The translations under genes were made by a program, and so were the position numbers. A DNA stretch of 64,000 nucleotides, from the NCBI GenBank assembly GCA_963768215.1, contig CAVYHW010000006.1, positions 426-64,425 on the forward strand, written 5' to 3'. The notes below the pieces were generated by a model. That model was not told where the DNA came from, made no database searches, and was given only the letters and a program-made list of their open reading frames with translations. Position 1 is the first letter of the stretch; every line of letters begins with the position of its first letter. Below, in pieces: positions 1-8,715 of the stretch. Source of the DNA: an uncultured Gammaproteobacteria bacterium (GTDB taxonomy: Bacteria > Pseudomonadota > Gammaproteobacteria > SZUA-229).

Positions 1-81
1 TGGTTATCTGTGATCAGCCAGACAGCATCTACAGCAGTTGGTTTTGATTTTTTTGCTTGGTACATGGAGTTACCGTATTGA
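1..81 (+). other. possible 3' end of an ORF entering from the left window edge
   Basis: Frame 1 is open from nt 1 to TGA at 79-81 (...AVGFDFFAWYMELPY*). Too short to identify. Confidence 0.2.
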
Positions 82-91
82 GGGGTAAATA

Positions 92-469
92 ATGACATGC
101 TTGTATAAACAGTATTCCTGTAATGCCATCATCCTGGGTTTCTGTCTAGTCCTGTCGGCAGGTCAGGCTATGGCAACCAACTTTGAACCACCAAAACTTG
201 ACGGCTTTAACCTGCATGCCGAACGTGATGCCGACGGGGATAAAGACGGCGTTAATGAAACCCACATCAAGCAGTACTTCAACGCCTCGGGCGACAGTAT
301 TGTCAGTATGACCACCAAAGATAAGGTTTGGGCCTGGAGCATGAGTACGCGCAATATGAAGTCAGGGGATAAAAATTTCGTTATCCGCGACAGCAATTGC
401 GATGGTCAGTTCAACGAAGTCTACGGGCTGGACGAAGAGTTTCATGTTCCCGATTGCCTGAAGAAATAG
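92..469 (+). CDS. small secreted protein of unknown family with two acidic DxDxDG-like loops
   Basis: 125-aa ORF with GAGGGG 6 nt upstream of the ATG. Signal-like N-terminus (ILGFCLVLSAGQAMA). Loops DADGDKDG and DSNCDGQ; two Cys in the mature part. Confidence 0.5.
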   Translation: MTCLYKQYSCNAIILGFCLVLSAGQAMATNFEPPKLDGFNLHAERDADGDKDGVNETHIKQYFNASGDSIVSMTTKDKVWAWSMSTRNMKSGDKNFVIRDSNCDGQFNEVYGLDEEFHVPDCLKK

Positions 470-526
470 TATGGTGCCCTGGTACTCCATCAATACAATG
501 TTGTTGGAACATCAGGACAGTGCAGA

Positions 527-1264
527 TTAGTTTTCTGCTGCAATTTGCAAACCAGCGTGCTGCAGAAGAGACTTACGAATAGCCACCAGGCTCTGGTCTT
601 CAGGTGAGCTGTCTATCATTGAGGAAATGGTTTCCAGGGCGTCATACCAGATGCCCTCGATGGCATAGACATTAACCAGCTCTGTTCCCTGGCTCTTCTT
701 AATGCGGCTGCTTAATCCTTCGCCTGGTTTTATGCGCTCGATAATACCACTGGCGATTGTAGTTGTTGACTGCTTACCTTTATCCATCAGCTGAACTACT
801 GACCATTGATAGCTAAGCTCGGGCTGCAGGGAGATGTCGTGCTTGCCCAGATCCAGTTGCTGAATGCCAGCGCCCTTTTTAATATCGACCTTTAGCAGTG
901 GATTAGCTCCAGGCTTTTCAGTCGCGGCAATGGTAAAGCGCACCGTTATCGGCGTGCGTGCATACCAGTAGAGGATTGGCTGAGGCTGCAGGGTCAAACC
1001 AGCATGATCCGGTGCCAGTACCTGCAATATTGTTGCCTTACCTTCCATGCTCCGGGCACTTTGACTTACCACGGCCGGAGGATCGTCACGTAGTGGTGCT
1101 TTGTAAAGGATGGCAGGTCGTATGGTTGTCGACCTTGCCTTAGGGCTGTCTATAGCTTGAGCCTGTTCTGCAGCGCTTGAAACGGAAGTGATGGTCACCA
1201 GTAAAATAGCGAAAACCAATGTCAGTCCTGTTTTTACGGTTACTAATAGCTTGTATTGTTTCAT
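527..1264 (-). CDS. DUF928-like secreted protein
   Basis: 245-aa ORF with a signal peptide. The PILYWY...SYQWSV...YAIEGIWYDALE pattern matches my recollection of DUF928 (mostly cyanobacterial). Confidence 0.6.
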   Translation of the reverse strand: MKQYKLLVTVKTGLTLVFAILLVTITSVSSAAEQAQAIDSPKARSTTIRPAILYKAPLRDDPPAVVSQSARSMEGKATILQVLAPDHAGLTLQPQPILYWYARTPITVRFTIAATEKPGANPLLKVDIKKGAGIQQLDLGKHDISLQPELSYQWSVVQLMDKGKQSTTTIASGIIERIKPGEGLSSRIKKSQGTELVNVYAIEGIWYDALETISSMIDSSPEDQSLVAIRKSLLQHAGLQIAAEN

Positions 1265-1300
1265 TCGGTAGTCTCGTGTGCTGCTTTGGTTGTAAGCGGT

Positions 1301-1640
1301 TCATGTAATACAGTGATATTCTGAAACCATCTGTTCGCTAGCAGTAATGGTGTTTTCATTATCACAGCCAGGGTTGCTATGTACACGGTAACCAATATTG
1401 CCTTTTGCGTCAATTAGAAAAGATTTGAGTGTAGCAGTAAATTAAAGTTTATAAGTTTGGCGAGCTTTCCGACTTTATTATCTTTTTTCACCGACATACA
1501 GCGCCAGGTTTTCGAATGGCTTATCGTCTAGTTGTTTTTAAGTTTTGTCGGTTCCGGCATTTCGTATCAGATAGGGGTAGGGACCGAAAACAATCTGTTC
1601 GGACACCCCTGATAGTTTCAGTTTCTGTGGTGAAATGATT
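1301..1640 (-). pseudogene. relic of a tlpA-like thiol:disulfide oxidoreductase (3' two-thirds only)
   Basis: Minus-strand translation aligns with about residues 66-193 of the intact TlpA at 9221-9802. Examples: SFLIDAKGNIGYRVHSNPGCD vs SFLIDGDGRVSYRIRGNPGWD; EMPEPTKLKNN vs EMPELTKLKKH; PFENLALYVGEK vs PFEILALNVGEK. The alignment needs frame changes and contains stops, and WCPPC has decayed to VPTPI*. Confidence 0.65.
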
Positions 1641-2027
1641 ATTAATTATTGGCTATCAAATCTGTTAAGTAATTAAATATTAGAATTTCATTAATTGTTA
1701 ATTGTTAATTGTGTAAGAAAACCCAACAAAATATTGGGTTATTAATGACAAAATCAGGATTACTTTAGTGTTTCTGTGAGCCCGTCAGGGTTTTAAAGCA
1801 GTCATACAGGCATTATGCAAAACTATATAGAATCAGTCTTATTATGTAAATAATTCCGACAAGGGTGCAGTCTGAAATGTGCTGTAGCCGTGATACAGGA
1901 ATATAAACACTATTATTAGTGTGTTTTCTAAGTGTTAACTAATTCGACAAACGTTGAAGTCTCTTTGCAGGATCGATTCAGCTGTTGATATTAAATTTAT
2001 ATCATAAATTGAAAAAATGTAAACAAT

Positions 2028-2040
2028 TGTCAGTTTGACA
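2028..2040. promoter_or_regulatory. palindrome TGTCA-gtt-TGACA, candidate upstream activator site
   Basis: Perfect 5+5 palindrome about 126 nt upstream of the -24 GG at 2160. An ATGTCAT copy lies at 2079-2085. The same motif family is clustered at 10205-10442. Confidence 0.3.
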
Positions 2041-2158
2041 TTTATCAAGTGACGATTTGGCATGCTTTACTGTTAGAGATGTCATATATATAGATAATTA
2101 GTAATATTCTGATATTCTTATACTTAGTGATAGTCGGTATTTTAAGTGTGATATTTTG

Positions 2159-2175
2159 TGGCATGGAATGTGCAT
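2159..2175 (+). promoter_or_regulatory. sigma54-type (-24/-12) promoter candidate upstream of the cytochrome gene
   Basis: TGGCATGGAATGTGCAT compared with consensus TGGCAC-N5-TTGCW. GG is at 2160-2161 and GC at 2172-2173, giving correct spacing. It lies about 130 nt upstream of the ATG at 2305. Confidence 0.45.
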
Positions 2176-2304
2176 AATAAATCTTAGATGCTATGTGCAT
2201 TTGTTATAAACCGTGTAGTTGAAAACATAAAGAATAATCAAAGGGTAGTTTTCGACACATAACTTAAACGTAAATGAACAACAAACCTTTGGGGGGATGA
2301 GGAC

Positions 2305-5300
2305 ATGTTTAGAAGTCTTCTAAGACAGTTCTTGAAAAAAGCAGTGACAATAGTCGCTGGTGCCGGGACCCTGCTATTTATTAGCACGGCTGGCACAAGT
2401 ACTCTACTATTTGTAGGGTCGATGACTACATCATTTGATGTAAATGCTGACAGTCACGATGATGTATTTAGAATCAAAAAAGCAGAGTGGAGCTCCAGGC
2501 GAAACCGCCTGACAGTCGAAGGTGAAGATGCTGACAGTCGTGTACTTGTCACGGTAACCAATGCAGATACCACCGCTTTTGTCGATGACGATGAATCCAG
2601 TCGAAAGGGTAAATGGCGGACACGAACGAGTTATGATAATACCTCTTCGGTTCCTTGTCGTGTTCGCGCCCAACAGCCAAATGGCGACTGGGATGAAAGA
2701 GATGTCAGTCGTGCACCGGCTGACTGTGATGATGGCGGTGGCGGCAATACCCCGCCGACAGCCAACGATGATGCGGCTACTACCAATCAGGACGTGCCGG
2801 TCACCATCAATGTACTGGCCAACGACACCGATCCCGATGTTGGTGATACCCTGAGTGTCGCTTCGGTAACACAGGGCGGCAACGGTAGTGTGACCAACAA
2901 CGGCACAGACGTGACCTACACACCGAATGCCGGTTGGTTCGGTATTGACACGTTCACCTATATCGCTACCGACGGAACAGATCCTAGCAACAGTGCCACA
3001 GTCACCGTGACCGTCAATCAGACTGGTGGTGGCAACAACCCGCCCACTGCCGTCGACCAGACCTTCCCCATCGACACTGCCGTACTGGACCGTGCCGGCC
3101 CCGACCTTATCCTGGGTAACGCAGAGGTTCCTGCACCAGGCGTACTCTTGAATGCAGCCGACCCGGACGGCGATACGCTCACCGCCGTGCTCGTGAGCGG
3201 TGCTTCTGCGGGCTCGCTGATCCTTAATCCGGACGGTTCTTTCGAATATACGCCGGCTTCCAGCCCTAGCACGGACAGCTTCACCTATCAGGCTGATGAC
3301 GGTAAGGTGGGCTAAGTGCAGTCCAAACCGTTGACCTCAGCGTACAGACCGGATTACAGGTCAACACCACTAGCCAGAACAAGTTCAACATCTTGTTGAA
3401 CTACGAGCTGGGCATGCACTGCACCGGTTTCGAGTTTGCCTACTGCTGTGTACTGCCGCCCTACAACTCGATCATCGGCCAGGTGGTGCGGACCGACAAG
3501 GGCAACAACGACAGCGACTTCCCGATGCTGCTGGAGGGCGATCCCAACGTCGGCCTGGATGGACTCGGCCGCGAGACGGTGCTGCGTGAACCACAACTGG
3601 ATGGCAATGGCAACTTCAACAAATACGTGATGAAGTACTGGCACGAGGCCCAGCCGCGTAACGACGGCCGTGGCAAGCCCCAGTCCAGCGTCATGATCAG
3701 CGCAGTGGAAGCCAATTCCCTGTTTATGTGGAACACGATCTATGATGCGGCTGACACTGATGCAGGTAACAATCTGGTCACCGGTACCTACGAAGGCGCC
3801 AGTGGTGTAGTCATGGGTAACGGCAACTACAACGATGCCAATGACAACTACGGCAGCGGCTGGATGAACCACTTCTATATCTACGCGGATCTGGAGGGCA
3901 GTAATCCCGCCAACTCCACAGCAGAGAAGGACAAGATCCGACTCGGCCTGGAGAATCTGAATGCCAGTACGGCGCTGTCACTGGCTGTACCGGCCGACTG
4001 TGGCCCGGCGTTCCACCCGATGGGCCCGGATACCCAGAACGGGGTTCCCGGCGATCCTGCGGTTGCCAACGACTGCGGCGGCTACTCCAACGGCAACCTG
4101 CTGACCTTCTCCACCGATCATGGTACCGTGGTCTACACCCAGATGAAGGTACTGGAGAATTTACCGGTGATGTTGACCTCGCCGCGCATCTGGGAGGCCC
4201 TGGGCCTGCCGCTGACGCCGTTTGAGGACACCATCGACTTCTTCAATGATCCGGGTCTGGTGGACGAAGACTCCGTGCGCCCGTTCGTCGCCATGAAGGC
4301 GCAGCTGCACAACTATGATGCGGGCGCCCCCAGTGGTGTTGGCACGCCGGTCATGGACGGTGGTAATCCGGTCATCGGTTTCGGCACCGCGCCGATCGAT
4401 ATCCCCAACTGCGAACGCTGCCACTCCGAACTGCAGGCGAGCAGCCAGAACAGCGCCCAGCAGATCGGCGGCAGAAATCCTGATATAGCGGCACTGGTGC
4501 AGGAGGAGATGGATTACTGGAATGGTCTCTATGGACTTACTCCGGGAGTCGACTCAGACTGGTACTCGCGTCTGAAGGGAGCGGCCATCAGTATCCTGGC
4601 CATCCACGATGCTCAGCACGGCACCAGCTTTACGGCTAATTATCCTGCAACGGGCACCAACCCGCTCAACCTGCCGGCAGACAAGCTGGCCTTCCCAGCA
4701 GAATACGCGTCTGGGCAAGGAGTCGGTAATCTGTCAGAAGTGCCACGCCGACAACGTGATCGCAGTGGTTAAATCGGCCAACTGTGCTCCGGGTAATGCA
4801 CTGTGTAGCTCGCCGGGTGCGCTGATCGTGCCTATCACCGAGGCTATCCACGACAACCATCGCAACGTCAGTGACGGCGGCGTCATCGTGATGGCCGACT
4901 CGCAGGGCCGTGATGGTGGCTGTCAGGGTTGCCACCCAGCTCACCGCTCCGACGGCGATATGGCCGGTTATCCCATCACCATCGAGGGTGATAACTTCTA
5001 CGCCGCTGTCGATAACCGCGACGCCAACGGCGGCTGCTTCGTCGGCCGCGACGTGCACTCCAACCCGGGCAAGGACACCGACGGTGCGGAGACGCCGGAG
5101 CACCTGAATGCAGTGGGAGAATGGCTGGCTGACAACGTGTTCAACGACGGCAACAGCGTGAACGGCGGTCTATGGTGTACCAACTGTCACCAGCAACTCG
5201 GCCAGGAGTTGTGGAAAGCTGAAAATATGGAAGACCTTGTCCATGGTGTTGGCCTGAACAACCCGCGTGGTGAACCGACACTGGCAGCTGTTGCGGCAGC

Positions 5301-6489
5301 GGTTGGCACCACTGAGGCACAGGCCATCGCCTGGCTGGATCCGAATGCCGACACAATCCGCTGGGTGACTTCACCCATGCCATCTGGGATCCGGATCCGG
5401 GTCTGTGTGACTACGTTTCGGGTGCTTTTGGGATTACCCCGGTTAATCCAGCCCACGATGGTAATGTGGCAACAGTGGAGGTTAACATCGGTAGCGGTAG
5501 CGGCTCTTGCTCCAATGCAGCTGATGCTAACGCATTCGCAGTACCTGTGGACTGCGGTTTCGTGACCTTCGATATCTGCGGTTCGACGGATGTCGACGGT
5601 GACTTCAGCGTGAACGCCATGGACTTCTGCACCACACCGGATTGTGTAGCTGCTGCACAGGTTACACTGGCTAGCACTTGTACTCCTGCTGCTGGTGAGC
5701 GGTGTGCGGTACCTGTGCCAATGTCGGCAGCCACCGATGGTCGTGACCACTGGTTGTCACCGGGTGAGCCTCACTGTGCGGACTGTCATGCAGCTCCATA
5801 CGTTGAGCAGAGCGGCAACATCAATGACTTCCCACCGTTCAACTACCCACGCAAGGCGAGCCTGATGCGTTACTCACGCGGTCACCAGGACATTACCTGT
5901 CAGGGCTGTCATGAGTCGATCCACGGTCTGTATCCCGTGACTCCGACCATCGACACCACCAGCTATGCCCAGGCGGCTAACCTGAACGCCGACGGTTCGC
6001 ACGGTCCGGTGAAGTGCAGTGCCTGCCATGCAGTTGATAACGAGGGTATTCCCGACCTGGATCGGAAACAATGCCGGTGGCACCCTGGGATCTATCAACG
6101 ACTTCGACGATGCGGTTGGCTGGGCCCACACCTACACGGAAGAGGACAGCGTGCTGACCAGCACCTGCCTCAACTGCCATGGTGTCCAGGGCAACAACTG
6201 GAGCGACGTGGCCGTCGACAACGAGTCCTATATGGAACATGCTGAATCGGGCAATAACAAGGACCTGCCGCGCAGCATGATGGACAAGGCCGAGATCGAG
6301 CTATACGGTGCGGTCTTCGGTACCACGGATGGTTCTGACGGTGCATGCCAGGGTTGCCACGGCGATGAAAGCAACAATGTTAGCTGCGGCGACACCGAGT
6401 GGAAGCTGCATCTGACCGAGGGACGTGTCGCCGAGTCGACCTGGGAGACGGCAAGCGTCGCTCAGACCGGCAGCACCTGCGGCTGGTAA
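2305..6489 (+). pseudogene. membrane-anchored cadherin-like / nonahaem c-type cytochrome, interrupted by four frameshifts
   Basis: Five overlapping ORFs alternate between two frames: 2305-3315 f1, 3393-4772 f3, 4609-5565 f1, 5466-6245 f3, 6019-6489 f1. They join near 3305, 4705, 5352 and 6060. GAGG RBS before 2305, then an N-terminal TM anchor. Two cadherin-like repeats (PPTANDDAATTNQDVPVTINVLANDTDPD..., about 2750-3350). CxxCH motifs at 4410-4424, 4732-4746, 4921-4935, 5176-5190, 5775-5789, 5898-5912, 6015-6029, 6166-6180 and 6346-6360. Confidence 0.75.
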
Positions 6490-6535
6490 AGCCAGTACAG
6501 GGAGCCTGCTCCCTTACTAGTGATGCAATAAGTGT

Positions 6536-6567
6536 GGAGGGGAAGTGATCTTCCCCTCCATTTTTGT
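6536..6567 (+). terminator. rho-independent terminator after the cytochrome gene
   Basis: GGAGGGGAAG-tgat-CTTCCCCTCC followed by ATTTTTGT. Confidence 0.75.
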
Positions 6568-6661
6568 ATCAGCATCTTAAAGAGTTGTAGAAGCTGTACG
6601 TTTATGCGAACCTCTATACCTAACGAATAACACTGTCTATTTTTATTATCGAGAAGTTACT

Positions 6662-8174
6662 ATGCAGCAACAAATTGTTTATAAAATTATCACCGCCCTG
6701 TTGTTATCTTCCAGCCTGTTTTTAGCCGGATGCAGCGACGACAAGGCAGAAGAAATAAGCCAGCGAAGTTTCCACGATGAAAAGGCTGCCAATCCTGACG
6801 TCATTGCCCGTGTCGGTGACGAAGTGATCAGCTTCAGCGAGCTCAATACCCTGCTCAACAGCTCGGCGATTGTCGGCCTGTCCGTACCCGCACTGGGAAC
6901 GCCGGAACGCAACCGGGTGCGCATCACCCTGTTGGACAAGTTGGTCTCAGCCAACCTGCTCTATCTGGATGCCCTTAAGCACGGCATGGATAAGGACCCT
7001 GTTTATGTTGGCGATATGCAACAATTTACCGATGGTGTCCTGGCCGCGCTCTATCGCCAGCAGCACCTGATTGGGGAAATCGAGATTACTGACGCTGAGG
7101 TGCAGGAATTTTTCGAGAATTCCATCATGCCGGGTACAAAGATGACGGACGACATCAGGCTCGGCATCGAGGCCACGATCCGCAAGCAGCGTTTCAAGGC
7201 TCGCACGGCGACCATGCAGGCACGGTTGCGGGAAGGCGTCGAGGTCAACATCGATGAGAGCGTCCTCGATTCTGCCGGTGATGACGAACGTGAAGACGCG
7301 GCGGTGGTGGCCAGCATTGATGGCGAACCGGTGCGCTGGGAGGCAGTGAAGGAGTTGCTGGTCACAGAGAGCAAACGCACCGCCCGGGCCGAGTTTCATC
7401 TGGACGAGGATGAGGAACGGGCCAGGGCACTCAACGGCTACATCGATACGCGCATCATGGCGAAGAAGGGCCGGACGGCGGGGCTGGAGCAGGACCCGGT
7501 TTACCAGCGTCGCTTTAAGGAGATACAGCAAGAACCACATGACCAACCTGCATCGGGAGCGCTTGATCAGGGAAATGGATCCGACCGAGGAAGAGCTGTG
7601 GGATTACTTCGAGGACAATAAAGACGCCATCACCGTGCGTGAGGCACGAAAGGTGCAGATGGTCGTCCTGAAAACGCGGGAAGAGGCCGAGGCGATCAAA
7701 ACAAGGATCGGGGCGGGAGAAATCACGATCTTTGAGGCGGCACGCGATCATTCCATCGATCCGAATGCCAAGCAGACCCTGGGAGAGATGGGCTGGGTGG
7801 TGAAGGGCACCGGCTTTCCGGAGCTCGATAAGGCGACCTTCTCATTGGATCTGGATACGCTGAGTGACCCGGTGGAATCACCGGCCGGCTGGCACCTGGT
7901 GAAGGTGCTCGACATGCGTGACGCGGAGCTCGAGGACATTATGAACGAAACGACTCGAAAGACGACCCGGCGCAGGTACCTGCAGGAAAAGATGAATGAG
8001 TACGTCGTCAACCTGCGCAAGAACGAGTTTCCAGTGGTGGTGTATGAGGAAAATATCGATCGGCTGTTCAAGGCAGAAGCGGAATGGGTCGCAGCACTTG
8101 AGGAAAAGGCCAGGCAGTCACCTGAAGAAACGCAAAAGCGCCTGGATGAGACTACGAAGTTCATGAAGCCTTAA
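6662..8174 (+). pseudogene. lipoprotein SurA-N/parvulin (PpiC-type) peptidyl-prolyl isomerase, one frameshift
   Basis: ORFs 6662-7621 (f2) and 7410-8174 (f3) join near 7525-7535 (...PVYQRRFKE|YSKNHMTNLHRERLI...). Lipobox LFLAGC. Rotamase core ARKVQMVVL...GEMGWV...SPAGWHLVKV. Confidence 0.7.
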
Positions 8175-8187
8175 AGGTGTCAGGAGT

Positions 8188-8274
8188 GAATGGCACTTAC
8201 TCAGCCATAAGCCCTGTCATTGCAATGACGAATACTGCGATAAGGTATTTGAAAAGGCTTAAGTAAGTGCCATT
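8188..8274. mobile_element. MITE-like element, family E (short copy)
   Basis: Inverted termini GAATGGCACTTAC... / ...TTAAGTAAGTGCCATT, as in 25015-25212. Inner palindrome GTCATTGCAATGAC. Confidence 0.55.
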
Positions 8275-8295
8275 GGGCTCCTATCCCTCATTATG

Positions 8296-8493
8296 CTAAG
8301 GAGCAGCAGCTGATTGTGGTTGCCCAACGATTTTTTGTAACTCACCAATATTTTGTTGCAGGCGCTGCATTGCCAGCTGGTTCCTTTGCTGTACCAGCTG
8401 TGGTAATGCATTGATAACTTTTTGCCCTGCCGGCGTAAGATAGAAGTCATTGACTGCTTTTAATTCGTCTTCACTGAAAGTTTGCATATACAT
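8296..8493 (-). pseudogene. orphan 3' fragment (65 codons) of a second DUF2059 gene
   Basis: Aligns base-for-base with 8716-8913, the 3' end of the intact gene. Its 5' part is replaced by element C1. Confidence 0.65.
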
Positions 8494-8499
8494 AGTACT

Positions 8500-8711
8500 G
8501 TAGGATGCAGTGAGGTACGAACCGCGTCATTCGCGTATTAAGCTGTGGAATAATAAAGCTTATAGTTTGTGTTTTTACTACGCGCCTCCTACGCTACGTC
8601 CTTCGGACCGTACTAGCGTCCGTTCAAAATGCTCCCGGCATTTTAGTGTGATTTTCACGGACTTGTATTGTTTAATGCAATCGATGCGGTTCGTACCTCA
8701 CCGCATCCTAC
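8500..8711. mobile_element. palindromic MITE-like element, family C, carrying a nested D insertion
   Basis: Arms GTAGGATGCAGTGAGGTACGAACCGC / GCGGTTCGTACCTCACCGCATCCTAC. Other copies at 15382-15472 and 25084-25151; half copies at 16676-16711 and 62559-62596. Confidence 0.65.
8577..8648. mobile_element. 72-bp micro-insertion, family D
   Basis: ACTACGCGCCTCCTACGCTACGTCCTTCGGACCGTACTAGCGTCCGTTCAAAATGCTCCCGGCATTTTAGTG. Near-identical copy at 62865-62936. Contains the hairpin AAAATGC-tcccg-GCATTTT. Confidence 0.6.
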
Positions 8712-8715
8712 GCAA

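Noticed and set aside
2058-2074. A second TGGCA-containing site (TTGGCATGCTTTACTGT) as an additional sigma54 promoter.
   Set aside because: There is no GC dinucleotide at the -12 position with the required spacing.
3354-6240. Many long antisense or alternative-frame ORFs in the GC-rich segment (e.g. 3354-3872 -, 4666-5103 -, 5187-5750 -, 5411-5734 -, 5977-6240 -).
   Set aside because: GC-rich DNA is poor in stop codons. These ORFs have low-complexity Arg/Ala/Gly/Pro-rich translations and no starts with an RBS, and they overlap the frame carrying cadherin-like and CxxCH motifs.
2305-6489. Programmed ribosomal frameshifting as an explanation for the alternating frames of the cytochrome gene.
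   Set aside because: Four separate sites would be needed. I saw no slippery heptamer (X XXY YYZ) or downstream stimulatory structure at the junctions, and the unrelated neighbouring PPIase gene is shifted as well.
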